Below, piece after piece: positions 47,142 to 56,964 of a stretch of DNA of 64,000 bases. This DNA is from an uncultured virus (IMG/VR IMGVR_UViG_3300046479_000175). Its lineage: Duplodnaviria; Heunggongvirae; Uroviricota; Caudoviricetes. The position numbers were made by a program, and so were the translations under genes. Under the pieces are notes generated by a model that was not told where the DNA came from, ran no database searches, and saw only the letters and a list, made by a program, of their open reading frames with translations. The stretch lies in the IMG/VR virus record IMGVR_UViG_3300046479_000175, one strand, 5' to 3'. Position 1 is the first letter of the stretch, and the number at the start of each line of letters is the position of its first letter.

Positions 47142-47839
47142 CAGGCGTCCGTCATCATGGCAGTCAAGCGATACCCCAGGGACGTCAGTTCTACAGAGCT
47201 CGCCACGTAGCGTTGGCCCAGATCGTCGATGATCAAATCGCCGAGCATCACGCTACCGACCGCCGCAGGAAACAGCAACGTCCACCACGGCGACCGAACA
47301 TCGGAAGGAAGATTCGCATCGTCTTTTTCGCCCTTTGTCCCCTGCAGAATGCTGCATGGCGCATTCGTGGCGTAGGCAATTTCGTTGGTGGCCGTCATAC
47401 CGCTATAGGCTTGCGCGCCGCTCCCGGACTGCGGCTGCGGACGCGAGATCGAAATGATTCGATTGCACTGCACAACCAGTATCGGCAGTAGAGGCTGCAT
47501 GCCCGCAATGAAGAATGTCCCTTGCGGACCGACGAAATAGTCACCCACCGAAAGCGACGTGCCGTCGACCAGCGCGTACCAAGTGGCTTTGCCATACTTA
47601 TTGGGCTTTTTATAGCCCATGTCTTCGGCGTTCAGCGAGACCGGAAGAGTCGTCACGGCCGTGCCGGGGAAACTTACTCCCTCAAGCCGGAAATCTCCGC
47701 CGCCCTCAAGGAGCAGATTTCCGCCCCCTTCAAGCTCAAGTCTTCCGGCAGGGCGATAAAACTGATAGTTCGAGCCCAGAACTTGCGCAGATTTGCCGTA
47801 GCCCATCCAAATCTTGGCTTGGACCAGAGCGCCGTTCAT
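47141..47839 (-). CDS. head closure / neck protein
   Basis: Position between the adaptor and terminator genes. Confidence 0.6.
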   Translation of the reverse strand: MNGALVQAKIWMGYGKSAQVLGSNYQFYRPAGRLELEGGGNLLLEGGGDFRLEGVSFPGTAVTTLPVSLNAEDMGYKKPNKYGKATWYALVDGTSLSVGDYFVGPQGTFFIAGMQPLLPILVVQCNRIISISRPQPQSGSGAQAYSGMTATNEIAYATNAPCSILQGTKGEKDDANLPSDVRSPWWTLLFPAAVGSVMLGDLIIDDLGQRYVASSVELTSLGYRLTAMMTDA

Positions 47840-47848
47840 GGTGAGTTC

Positions 47849-48226
47849 CTACGTTCGAATGACCGACGCGGCAGCACCCAATCCCCGTCCCGGTTTCACG
47901 CCGATGTAGGCGCACAGCTCACGACGCTTGAGGTAATAGAGATTATTACGGTCAGAGACTTCGTTCTTGTTGTGCTTCCACACCGCGGCCGTGTCGGTAT
48001 CGAGATTTGCCGATGCCCCCACAACTGCGGATTCCAGCGTGTAAAGCGACGGCAGGAAGGTCGTCGTTATGACGCTAGCCTCGTCACTGCTCATGTTCTG
48101 GAGGCGAAGCGTCAGCGTTGCGTAATCTTCCTCAAATACCCATCCGAAGAAGGAATATGACGGATAACCCGTGAATCGGATGATGTCGACGAGTTGAGCT
48201 TCATCGAAGTAGGGAGCGCTAAACAT
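47849..48226 (-). CDS. head-tail adaptor
   Basis: DIIRFTGYP...NLDTD.AAVW.HN..E...R. Confidence 0.65.
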   Translation of the reverse strand: MFSAPYFDEAQLVDIIRFTGYPSYSFFGWVFEEDYATLTLRLQNMSSDEASVITTTFLPSLYTLESAVVGASANLDTDTAAVWKHNKNEVSDRNNLYYLKRRELCAYIGVKPGRGLGAAASVIRT

Positions 48227-48869
48227 GGAGCCGGTTCCCCTTTGACCTATTCTGTGAAGCCGTGATTACCTGCAAATTCCAATGGACATGGAGACCGCAA
48301 GATAGCTTGCCTTGCAATGGCTCGATGTGGTCAACCTCCATCTTTATCCCTGTTTCCTGTTCGATCTCCACGGCCCGCAAATAAACTGCTTTGATCGCCT
48401 CCCGATCTGCCCACCGGGGGCAAGCTCGCCTTTTGCTTAACTGATAAGCGTTCGAGATTTCTCTGAGTCTGGCGATGAACTCAGGTTTGTGGCGATGTCT
48501 CTGATAGTATTTTCGATTTCTCTTACGGCGACGTTCGCGATGCTCCGGCGTCTGTTGCACGATTCTCACAGGACGACGAAGGTATTCTTTGTTCTCAGAA
48601 GACCACCGCTTCCATCGCTCCTTTAATTTCGCCTTGTTCCTTGTGCGATAGTCGCGGCCGTAGTTCCTAATTTGCTCGGCTTTGTCCTTACGGAATTTCT
48701 TCGCATAGGCAAGGTAGGCATCGCGATTGTTCTGCCGCCAACGAAGACTCACCTTCCTGCCGCATTCGCGACAACCTGGCTGCAGCCCGTCTTTACTTGC
48801 CTTACGGACGGCGAAACAGGATAGCGGAAGTTCCACGAGACAATATTTACATGACTTCAACCCGCTCAT
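48219..48869 (-). CDS. HNH homing endonuclease
   Basis: CKYC..CREC; P.WAD...EVDHIEPLQG...CGLHVHWNLQV.....N..K.N. Confidence 0.9.
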   Translation of the reverse strand: MSGLKSCKYCLVELPLSCFAVRKASKDGLQPGCRECGRKVSLRWRQNNRDAYLAYAKKFRKDKAEQIRNYGRDYRTRNKAKLKERWKRWSSENKEYLRRPVRIVQQTPEHRERRRKRNRKYYQRHRHKPEFIARLREISNAYQLSKRRACPRWADREAIKAVYLRAVEIEQETGIKMEVDHIEPLQGKLSCGLHVHWNLQVITASQNRSKGNRLHV

Positions 48870-48877
48870 CGGTGGCG

Positions 48878-48906
48878 ATAATGCCCGCTCAATGAGCGAA
48901 CGTCAA
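48878..48906 (-). promoter_or_regulatory. promoter for the HNH gene (probably leaderless)
   Basis: TTGACG-N17-CATTAT, 8 nt before the ATG; spacer contains CGCTCA-T-TGAGCG. Confidence 0.5.
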
Positions 48907-48941
48907 CTATTTGACCGTCTTGCACTGAACGGCACGGCCAA

Positions 48942-49232
48942 TTATTGAGCGGCCAGCTTCCGTTCCGCAGCCTCCGCGCGCGCCTTCCATTCGTCGCGTT
49001 CGGACTCCGCCTCTATGACCAGGTCTTCAGCGACGCCAAGTTGCTTGCGCAATTCCTCAATACCCGCAGCCTCCGCTCTATGGTCGCGAGTTGGCACGAG
49101 ATGTTCGTCTTTCTCGTCGAACAATTCATGCTTGTCATGGTCGAAGTCGGAAATATTGATTAGCGCGAGGCCGTCTTTCGTGGGGGCTTTGACGCGGATC
49201 GTAGGAACTAATCGGTGGGGATTGGTGCTCAT
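48942..49232 (-). CDS. small capsid-adjacent protein
   Basis: AAGGAG RBS; LINISDFDHDKHEL. Confidence 0.65.
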   Translation of the reverse strand: MSTNPHRLVPTIRVKAPTKDGLALINISDFDHDKHELFDEKDEHLVPTRDHRAEAAGIEELRKQLGVAEDLVIEAESERDEWKARAEAAERKLAAQ

Positions 49233-49254
49233 CGAGATCTCCTTGTCAGAGGTA

Positions 49255-49284
49255 AAGGGCGGCGATCATACCACCGCCGCCCTT
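49255..49284 (-). terminator. hairpin/terminator after the capsid gene
   Basis: AAGGGCGGCG-N10-CGCCGCCCTT. Confidence 0.55.
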
Positions 49285-49301
49285 GGCGGCAGAAGAACCT
49301 A

Positions 49302-50459
49302 TCAGCCCGCAACGCGTGTTGCAAGCTGCGGCCTCAAAAGACCTGTGCCCCAGAGGACGTCGAAAGCGAACCTCGTCCGGTGGAATTCCTGCCTGTAGCT
49401 GAGTCGCATCGTGATTTTCGACACGGGATCAGCCACATAGAATTCATCGTCGATATCCTTCCCAAGGTTCATCGGCTTCACAGGGCGCGAGGCGAATGCG
49501 AATGCGTCGCGGGCGAAGGCGAGGTTGACCACATGGCTTGCGGCGACCGTGATCGTCTCGCCGCCGGCAAGAGCGACTGCCTTCGGAGGGCTTATCGCCA
49601 GATTGACGTTCGTTGAGGCAGATGCCTGCGTGGCGTTGGCCGTCAACGTATAGGTCTGGGTATCGCCCGAGAAGGTGATAATGTCGCCAACCAGCAGCGC
49701 ACATGCGCCCGTCGATGCAGCCGTGGTCGCGACCACCGTGCTCAGACCGGCAGCCTGTGGGGTTGACGCTTGCGCGGTCAGACCGGTCGTGATCGTGCCG
49801 GAGGTGTGGGTCGGGACCTGCTGATCCATGAACCAGTCAAAGCCCAACTTGCGGCCGATTTCACCTTCGGTGATGACGCCTTTGTCACCCGATTGCAGAT
49901 ATTGGCTGAACGCGGGGAGAGCCAAGGCATTCGCTTCAGCAGCCGGATTCAGGACGAACCGGCGATTGGCGGTGGGTGCCAATTGCAGGCCAAGGACTTC
50001 GCGGGCCGCAGTGGCCGTCGTGAGACTGGATGCAAAGGGAGTCGTCCCTGCCGTGCCGGTATAGCCGTATACACCGGTGTAGTTGTTGAAGATGCTGGTG
50101 TTGATGGTCGTGGCCAGAGCTTCAACCGCCGCCGAAAGCTGAATAGGCACAATTCCGTCGATAACCTGTGCCAATTCTTTTTCGGAGAGTGTGAACGGCG
50201 CTTCATACCAGCTATCCAGCGGAATGGATGCAGTCGTCGGAGCGACGTTCTGCGGATCAGGAGCGTAAGCGCCCGGAACCACCGCAGTGGCCTGCATTAC
50301 GGACGGCACGGGCACCTGAATGACTTCGCCCTTTTCCTTCACCTCACTACCGAAATCGGCATTGACGAGGCGCGGCATCACTGCGTTGTGGCGCAGCGAG
50401 TCCAGACCCTGCGCGAACAGGGTAGGGATGACTGAACTGAGAGTGTTATTCACGGTCAT
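49302..50459 (-). CDS. major capsid protein (P22 coat-like)
   Basis: VNADF..E....G..I.VP.P; G.IGR..GFD.FMDQ; NLAF.RDAFA...RFAFDVLWG...LRP.LA. Confidence 0.9.
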   Translation of the reverse strand: MTVNNTLSSVIPTLFAQGLDSLRHNAVMPRLVNADFGSEVKEKGEVIQVPVPSVMQATAVVPGAYAPDPQNVAPTTASIPLDSWYEAPFTLSEKELAQVIDGIVPIQLSAAVEALATTINTSIFNNYTGVYGYTGTAGTTPFASSLTTATAAREVLGLQLAPTANRRFVLNPAAEANALALPAFSQYLQSGDKGVITEGEIGRKLGFDWFMDQQVPTHTSGTITTGLTAQASTPQAAGLSTVVATTAASTGACALLVGDIITFSGDTQTYTLTANATQASASTNVNLAISPPKAVALAGGETITVAASHVVNLAFARDAFAFASRPVKPMNLGKDIDDEFYVADPVSKITMRLSYRQEFHRTRFAFDVLWGTGLLRPQLATRVAG

Positions 50460-50564
50460 GGGATTATTCGTTTCTGCCGGACGATCCGGCCGCTGGTGTT
50501 AAGGGATGGTTCTTCATGTCGCCAGCCCCGCCAGCTTGGTCGCGTCCCACGCGCCGTCTTCGAT

Positions 50565-51305
50565 TTACGCTACTTGTTTCTTCCCGCTTGCAATGTCGGC
50601 AAGATTGTCGAGAAATGCCTTGGAATCGTTGCGGTTGATCTTTCCTGCCGATCCCGGGTTACTGTTGCCTTCAGCCTTCTTCGCTCCACCACCCTGGCTT
50701 TGCTCGAACAAATGGGGCGCAGCCTCCGTAAGTTTTCCAGTGATGTATTCCGGAACTGTCAATGGATCGCCGGTCGGGCCGAACAATTGCTTTTCACCGT
50801 CGAAGGCAACCGCGACGCCGTCCACAACCTTGAAAACCTGACGCGCCCGCAGGAGTACGTCATCAACTGCGCCGGCCCGCACACCAGACTTTGAAGCAGC
50901 ATCGCGCACAGTGTTGTCGATCAATAGCCCTTCGAGCTGGATTCCAAGCTTGCGCTTGTCATCCTCAATGGCCTTCTTTTCCTTCTCAAAACCAGCCTTG
51001 GCGGCGTTCACGCGCTCGGCGACCAATTCGTCCACCTTGTCAGCAGCAATCAGTTTCTTGGTGCGCTCTTTCTCGGCTTTCTCGCTCATCTCGCGATATA
51101 GCTCAGGATCGATGTTCGCGAATTTCTCCGTGAGTTCCTCTATCTGTTTTTTGAGGGCAATGTTGCCGTTGCGAAATTCATCAAGCTTCTCTTTGCCAAC
51201 GAGACCTTCGACAGCAAGACTGAACTTACCGTCTTTCTCAACATATAGATCACGATGGGCTTCGGGGATCTCCTCGAGCTTTGCGTAGGCGGCCTTGATA
51301 GTCAT
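50565..51305 (-). CDS. scaffolding protein
   Basis: LY.EKDGKF.L; coiled coil; APHLFE...GGGA. Confidence 0.8.
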   Translation of the reverse strand: MTIKAAYAKLEEIPEAHRDLYVEKDGKFSLAVEGLVGKEKLDEFRNGNIALKKQIEELTEKFANIDPELYREMSEKAEKERTKKLIAADKVDELVAERVNAAKAGFEKEKKAIEDDKRKLGIQLEGLLIDNTVRDAASKSGVRAGAVDDVLLRARQVFKVVDGVAVAFDGEKQLFGPTGDPLTVPEYITGKLTEAAPHLFEQSQGGGAKKAEGNSNPGSAGKINRNDSKAFLDNLADIASGKKQVA

Positions 51306-51349
51306 GGTCTTTCCTCCCAGGAATTGCCGCGCACACCGTGCGAGGCGGT

Positions 51350-52723
51350 TTAGATTACGTTTTGGTCTTTCGGATCGCCCTCTGTGCCCGGCACAGGTTG
51401 TGCTTTGATTGCTGCGATTTCCTGCTCGATACTGCGATCTGGAGCTAACATCTGCGCTTTCTCAATCGAGAACAGGAACGTCTCAAGACTGATTGCACCC
51501 GATAGGTATGACTTGAGGAGAGCCATGAGCGTCTGCGGATCAAGCGTGAGATCGACGAAATCGCGGTTGATCGCGATGTCAATCGCATCCTCTCCTGTGA
51601 CGTTCATCCATTCCGCCGCCTTGCGCAGCGCAGCTTCCAATGTTTCCTCAACCGAATTCACGACACCCATGAGCAACGATGTTTCACCGCTCGTGCGAAT
51701 ACGCGCGGTTTCCGCGGCCTCCACACCTTTACGCTGATCGGCAAACACGGCACCGCCCAACACAGCCATCATGTGTTCTTTTTCTTCAAGCGCCGTTTCG
51801 AGCGAGCTGAGTCCTTGACCCGAGAATTCCGCGTATCCGACCTTGGCAGTCGGGTCGCTCAGAAGAATGGCTGACTGCGCGCCCACATGGATCGGGCTCG
51901 TCGTGTCGCTGACCCCCGTCACATAGAGGGTCGGAAGCGCCGTGAAGTGTCTGCCGTGCTCGAGGTCGGCGCTGGAGCGATAATGCGACAGAGCCACATC
52001 CACAAGAGCCAACAACGGGGGCTTTTCGATCTTGTCGGACTGCCCAAAGCAGGAGAGCCAAAAGAATGGGATTTCGTTGAGGGTCAATCCGAGCTTTGTG
52101 GGAACCAGCTCTTCGAATATGATCCAGTCGTCGGTCTCGGCCTTGATATCGCTGTTCTTCTTGCGCCAGATGCGCACTTTGTAAATGCCATCTTCAATCG
52201 TCAATTCTCGGTATTGCTCAATCTCCTTCAGTGCGAAGCGGTCTGTACCATCCTGAACGAAGGCTGATTCCTTGAGGACAATGAAGTCCGTTCCCCAATT
52301 CGTGATGCTCTCGGCTGTATAAGCGACGAGATAGGCCCGCTTGGCGTTCTCATCGAAGTCGACAAGAATGCCGGCGCGCCCCGCGAGAAGATCCTCGCAG
52401 GACAGTTTCTTGATGAACTCGGTGAGCCCAATTCCGGAGGCTGTGGCGTCTTTCTCGAAGACCTCCATCTTCGCGGGCAGCTTGATGCCCGGCGGCTTGC
52501 GAACGATGGAACCGACGAACCCGTCAATGCTCCGGCCCACAGCACCGTAATAAAGCGCACGCTTCGCATAGGCGCCGTATTGCTTACCATCCTGCCCAGA
52601 GAGTTTCGGGAGGTAATCTTCGCCAGCGGATTTAACAGCGTCTGCGCCCTCGTATGCGTCGCGACACCGTTTCCACCGGTCAAGATTGTCCTTGTAGGAC
52701 GGGTGGACGCTTATGATAGGCAT
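51350..52723 (-). CDS. portal protein (DUF4055)
   Basis: HP.Y....W..CRD...G...VK....YLP; PPLL.L....HY..SAD. Confidence 0.9.
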   Translation of the reverse strand: MPIISVHPSYKDNLDRWKRCRDAYEGADAVKSAGEDYLPKLSGQDGKQYGAYAKRALYYGAVGRSIDGFVGSIVRKPPGIKLPAKMEVFEKDATASGIGLTEFIKKLSCEDLLAGRAGILVDFDENAKRAYLVAYTAESITNWGTDFIVLKESAFVQDGTDRFALKEIEQYRELTIEDGIYKVRIWRKKNSDIKAETDDWIIFEELVPTKLGLTLNEIPFFWLSCFGQSDKIEKPPLLALVDVALSHYRSSADLEHGRHFTALPTLYVTGVSDTTSPIHVGAQSAILLSDPTAKVGYAEFSGQGLSSLETALEEKEHMMAVLGGAVFADQRKGVEAAETARIRTSGETSLLMGVVNSVEETLEAALRKAAEWMNVTGEDAIDIAINRDFVDLTLDPQTLMALLKSYLSGAISLETFLFSIEKAQMLAPDRSIEQEIAAIKAQPVPGTEGDPKDQNVI

Positions 52724-54160
52724 CTACGTCCCCACGATCTTGGTTTGGCTCGCAGCACCCCCAGAATCAACGAGCAATTCAGTCGCTGCCCAAACGAGTG
52801 CGTCAACCCGATTCGGGCTGTCCGTCGATTCGAGCGGCACCCACGTCACCATTTCATCTTCGAGACCGATAAAGGTGCCGCAGTGATGCATGCGCCCTTG
52901 TTCGTAAAGCGCAGCGACCGGCTCGGCGCGCGCCTGTTTACCGCGGGATGCATGGACCAGCTTGACTGGAACGTTTGGACCGACAACCCGTATCGTGCTT
53001 TCGACCATCTGTCCGCCGAAGTTCGCCTCAGCTACTATCCGGTCGGCCTTGAATTGGCGATAGAGCGCGACCGTCTTGCTGGCCCAAGTCTCAGGGCTGT
53101 ACCGCCCGGAGTGATCGGCCAGCACGAAACCGTGCCTCTGTGCATCGATGCCGACGACCACAAGGCCTACTTCATCGTTTCTCTCCTTGTCACCACCTGA
53201 GGGATCGACCGCAACCACGATACGAACCAGTACCGGATGACCGCCTAGAACCCGTAAATTGTCGATTTGGTCGCGCTTCCAAAGCGCGCCCGGCACTTCC
53301 GCACTAAAAGCCTCTGCGGGCGTTGCAGGATACTCACGCCTAAAATTGTGAATTCCGTTGAGCTCGATAATCTTGGCGCGGCGCCATACGATCTGTTCGA
53401 GATCTAAGCCATAGCTCGCCTGATACGCCAGCTCGTCTCCGGTTGGGACAAAGCCCTCCGGGATAGGCTTTCGGTACTCCGATTGCCAAAACCATGGGAT
53501 GAAAACGAGGATGTACTCGCCTTCACCGCGCATCGCCGCAGCGCACATCTCGTAGAAAAGCCCCTGCCGGCCGTTCGAGGTGCTTTCTAGAATGATTTCT
53601 GTTCCTGGCTCGTCGGGGACGGCCTGCAGTGCACCGGCGACGTGTGTGGCTGCATTGGGCCAGAAACCAATCTCCGACCCGTGGAAGAGCTGTATCGTCT
53701 GGCCGCGACCCGTCCCCTTACTCCCCGCCGTGCCAACCTTGTAGCCGCTATCGAGGACATTAAAGACCAGTTCTTTGGCGTTCGAAGCGGCCAGCGCAGG
53801 CCTTACTGCCTCTGGGCAATGATCGTAAAACCGCTTGGCCATCCCGAACAGGTTAGCCGTGGCTTCATCCATGTGCGTGAGGATGAATGCCCTCGTACCG
53901 CGCCGGTGAGTGGCCTGATGGAAGAAGCGTCCTTCCGTGTAAGTCGACACGCCCTGTTGGCGGCCCTTCAAAACAAGCGCGCGAACTTTGCCGATGCGCT
54001 TCTTTTGCGCTTCAAGCTCGCGGTGTAAATATTGCTGCGATTCATTGAGGTTAAGCGGGCTTACGCCGCCAGCCTTCGTTCTGATCTTGAGACAGCGCGG
54101 AGCGTAATATTCGAAATCGTCTTTTAAACGCTTCCGTATTCGCTTTTCATCCGGCGTCAT
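52724..54160 (-). CDS. terminase large subunit
   Basis: LKGRQQGVST, HGSE, ESTSNG, VAVDP, DRVDA-like NRVDALVWA. Confidence 0.93.
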   Translation of the reverse strand: MTPDEKRIRKRLKDDFEYYAPRCLKIRTKAGGVSPLNLNESQQYLHRELEAQKKRIGKVRALVLKGRQQGVSTYTEGRFFHQATHRRGTRAFILTHMDEATANLFGMAKRFYDHCPEAVRPALAASNAKELVFNVLDSGYKVGTAGSKGTGRGQTIQLFHGSEIGFWPNAATHVAGALQAVPDEPGTEIILESTSNGRQGLFYEMCAAAMRGEGEYILVFIPWFWQSEYRKPIPEGFVPTGDELAYQASYGLDLEQIVWRRAKIIELNGIHNFRREYPATPAEAFSAEVPGALWKRDQIDNLRVLGGHPVLVRIVVAVDPSGGDKERNDEVGLVVVGIDAQRHGFVLADHSGRYSPETWASKTVALYRQFKADRIVAEANFGGQMVESTIRVVGPNVPVKLVHASRGKQARAEPVAALYEQGRMHHCGTFIGLEDEMVTWVPLESTDSPNRVDALVWAATELLVDSGGAASQTKIVGT

Positions 54161-54449
54161 CCCCGCCAACATCATCTAGGGCTGCGAGAGCCTCTTCGTG
54201 AGGCATTGCGATGGAGCCGCTGTGCTCAAGGGCTTGGGGCGGCTTACCTTCCATCCGATCCCCAAATTCCTTCATAGCAGTCATATCACCAGCAAAAGCC
54301 GCATCAATCAGCTTGTCGGCTAGATCATCGATACCCTCAAGGTCGAGCTTTCCCCTGCGTCGCATGATCGCACGCTCGATTGCGTCCCGCCATATGCGGT
54401 TCTTTGGCTGTCCGCCGGGATTTCCAGATTGTCCTTTCTTGAATGGCAT
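54147..54449 (-). CDS. terminase small subunit (DUF5681-like)
   Basis: FKKGQSGNPGG.P...GD..A.KE..DR.EGKP.Q. Confidence 0.85.
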   Translation of the reverse strand: MPFKKGQSGNPGGQPKNRIWRDAIERAIMRRRGKLDLEGIDDLADKLIDAAFAGDMTAMKEFGDRMEGKPPQALEHSGSIAMPHEEALAALDDVGGDDAG

Positions 54450-54512
54450 TCAGCAGAACCTTAAATATTTGAAAAACATGGCAAATTCCGAGAATGTTTC
54501 AGTGAAACATCG

Positions 54513-54908
54513 TCAACCGACCAGCTTCAGGTCCGGGTTCAGCCCGCGAGAGTATTCCTCAAGGTCGAAGTCCCTGATCTGGATACAATCCGTAGGGTCG
54601 AAGTCGGTCCGGGATACCTCGTAATAGCGGGCCTCGTCGTGGCCGAGCCCTGGGGTAACGACAAACCGGTCAAACTCGAAGACGATGAGCTGGTGAACCG
54701 GCCATTTTTGGCCGTTCTTGACGAATCCGCGCGGATCGCTCTGATTGATCCACGGAAGAACAATCTGATGTGGTGGTTGCCCGGTATGCGCCTTAGCGCG
54801 AATCAGGTATCCTTCGTCCTTCGTCACCATCACCGGCCACCACGGCCTTACTAGGGGCCGTTTCGTGGTTTCCGCAGTATTCGCAGCATTCGAGTGGTCA
54901 TCAGGCAT
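54513..54908 (-). CDS. hypothetical protein
   Basis: ORF upstream of terS. Confidence 0.5.
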   Translation of the reverse strand: MPDDHSNAANTAETTKRPLVRPWWPVMVTKDEGYLIRAKAHTGQPPHQIVLPWINQSDPRGFVKNGQKWPVHQLIVFEFDRFVVTPGLGHDEARYYEVSRTDFDPTDCIQIRDFDLEEYSRGLNPDLKLVG

Positions 54909-54959
54909 CGATTGCCTTTATGGGGATTTGATGGGCGCGTAGTTCTTCGAGATTGACGT

Positions 54960-54987
54960 ACTATACAGCGCTGAATCCTGCCGTCAA
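54960..54987 (-). promoter_or_regulatory. candidate late promoter
   Basis: TTGACG-N16-TATAGT pointing into the packaging operon. Confidence 0.4.
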
Positions 54988-55038
54988 GCAATTTTGCAAA
55001 GAGCCTATGCAGGTGTTCCTCGGACGCTCACGTTTTAC

Positions 55039-55524
55039 TCAGACAAAACCGGCTACTTTTTGCGCCTTCTCTTTAATAATCGCGCGATACTTTTCCATTT
55101 CCTCGGTGGCAGCGACCAGTTCCTGTAATGGCCCCGGATCGTAGGAACCGGTAGTGTGAAATTTCTCTTTCAGAGCGGGATCATCCGATTTGTCGATAAC
55201 CGACCTTACGAGATGTAGTGCTCTCACATATTTGTCGATAATCTCCTGATCGGCATCATCGAAGTAAAGCGAATGAGAAAGGAAATACTCGTTGATGCTG
55301 CGCAATTGATCACTCAGGCTTGGAGCCTTCTCAGTCTTCTTCCGAAGGTCCAGATTGACCTGTTCAAGACGCTTCCATAGGCCTTCGTAGGCCTCTCTCC
55401 TCGCGGCGGCATTGGCGCCCCTGTTCGGATTAGCATTCTGCTTTTTCCATTGATAAAAGCCGAGCGCAGCCACCAGCAATGTTCCAAGAAGTGCAAGGAC
55501 AGGCGTGATGAGCTCGTGGTTCAC
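55039..55524 (-). CDS. N-terminal TM helical moron protein
   Basis: TM segment followed by a helical domain. Confidence 0.6.
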   Translation of the reverse strand: MNHELITPVLALLGTLLVAALGFYQWKKQNANPNRGANAAARREAYEGLWKRLEQVNLDLRKKTEKAPSLSDQLRSINEYFLSHSLYFDDADQEIIDKYVRALHLVRSVIDKSDDPALKEKFHTTGSYDPGPLQELVAATEEMEKYRAIIKEKAQKVAGFV

Positions 55525-55544
55525 GCCGAGATTCTATCGCTATT

Positions 55545-56225
55545 TCACGAGTAATTCCCGAACCGTTTTTGCAGGTCCTTCATGAGCCGGGCCATCCCAA
55601 GCTTTTCAGTCGGTTGCGCAGTCGCATTGAAGACGGTGATGAATTCCATCGCCGCCCTCACCCCTCGTCCATAGGCCTTATCCTGCCCGAGCGAGGCCAT
55701 TTTGCCCATGTCGATTAGGCCGTAATGGAGGGCCAGACGCTCCAGCGATGAGTGAAGGATGCCCGAGGCCTTGTCTGCATTCATTCCGGCGCCGGCGGCG
55801 CGCACGAAATCGGTCCATTGTTCCAACGTCATACCGAGACCAATCACGTTCCATATGCAGGATTGGGATAGGCTCTGGCCTTCCCGCCCACGGCCCAGCG
55901 CTTCGACAGCCCTACCGATTCGCATCTTTGCTGCAGCGACGGTGTCCGTTATCTCCTGCTTCCCGGCGCGGGTTTTGAACATATCGAGCCGGGCGTAGTT
56001 GCCGGAAAGCTGCGCCCGTTCGAAATCCATGCGGAATTTCTCGCCCGCGTCGAAGAGCTCGGGGGCTATTTTGCCGGTAGAGCGTAGGCGTTCGTGGACA
56101 TAGGCTGAACGTCTCACCGCATGGACGACCGTGGCACCATTGGGATCGCGCTCCCGCACCAATTCAGCCGGATGCTGGCCGTTATTGATTCGGATGGTCC
56201 CGAGGTGCTCGGCGGTTTTTTTCAT
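55545..56225 (-). CDS. DUF6456-like late regulator
   Basis: G.I...LFDAGEKFR.DFERA...CIWNVIG.GMTLE....L...LERLA.HYGL. Confidence 0.7.
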   Translation of the reverse strand: MKKTAEHLGTIRINNGQHPAELVRERDPNGATVVHAVRRSAYVHERLRSTGKIAPELFDAGEKFRMDFERAQLSGNYARLDMFKTRAGKQEITDTVAAAKMRIGRAVEALGRGREGQSLSQSCIWNVIGLGMTLEQWTDFVRAAGAGMNADKASGILHSSLERLALHYGLIDMGKMASLGQDKAYGRGVRAAMEFITVFNATAQPTEKLGMARLMKDLQKRFGNYS

Positions 56226-56312
56226 CGGTCGTTCGCCGGTGAACCTGAGCTGATGGCGAACAAGCTGTCAAGCTTGAGTTCGTGCCACGCGGTGATGGAG
56301 GCGCCAATCGGA

Positions 56313-56876
56313 TCAACCCCTCGGTGTTGTAAGCTCGCGCGCATACGCAGAAGCCGCTCGAACAGCCTGATGATCCCGATCCGTTCCTCGTCCTTCATTT
56401 AGGGTCTTTTCGATCATGTCTTTGACCGCGAGAGGATGCCGCAAAACTTCCGCGTTGGCAATCCGAATCGTGCGCACACCATGTCGCTCGAGAAGCCACT
56501 TGTCCCTCCCGGCGTCGTATCCCCCCCGGTCGTCGTGACTCGACCCGTCGATCTCGACAGCCAGTTTCTTGGCTGGCAGGAAGAAATCGGCCAAAATATA
56601 GCGGTCTCCGTTCTGGAAAATCTTCTCCCTCACGAACCAGACGTCGAGTGCGCGAAGGATGTCGGAAAACATCAACTCCGCAGCCGTCGGATTCCGCAGC
56701 CGAGACTGCCGATGCATCTCGGCGTGCGCCATGACTTGGTAGTCGGTCCGCTTGCGCCTGTATTGCTTCGTTGGGTCCGCCCCGTGGGCGTGAAATTTGG
56801 CGCGGGCCTTGATTCGCTTCCGGCGGCGCTTGAGGGGCGTTTTCCGCGATATTGGCTTGCGTCTAACCATCCACAT
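56313..56876 (-). CDS. DUF559/Vsr-like endonuclease
   Basis: LRNPTAAE...YILADF....KLAVEIDG.SH.....D..RD.WL..HGVRTIRI.N. Confidence 0.85.
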   Translation of the reverse strand: MWMVRRKPISRKTPLKRRRKRIKARAKFHAHGADPTKQYRRKRTDYQVMAHAEMHRQSRLRNPTAAELMFSDILRALDVWFVREKIFQNGDRYILADFFLPAKKLAVEIDGSSHDDRGGYDAGRDKWLLERHGVRTIRIANAEVLRHPLAVKDMIEKTLNEGRGTDRDHQAVRAASAYARELTTPRG

Positions 56877-56964
56877 TCTTAAAGCGGTTTCACATCAGAA
56901 TCCAGCCCCCAAAAACACGCGCTGAGTCTCTCCACGTAAGTGTTATGCTTTCCATATCTTCCGC

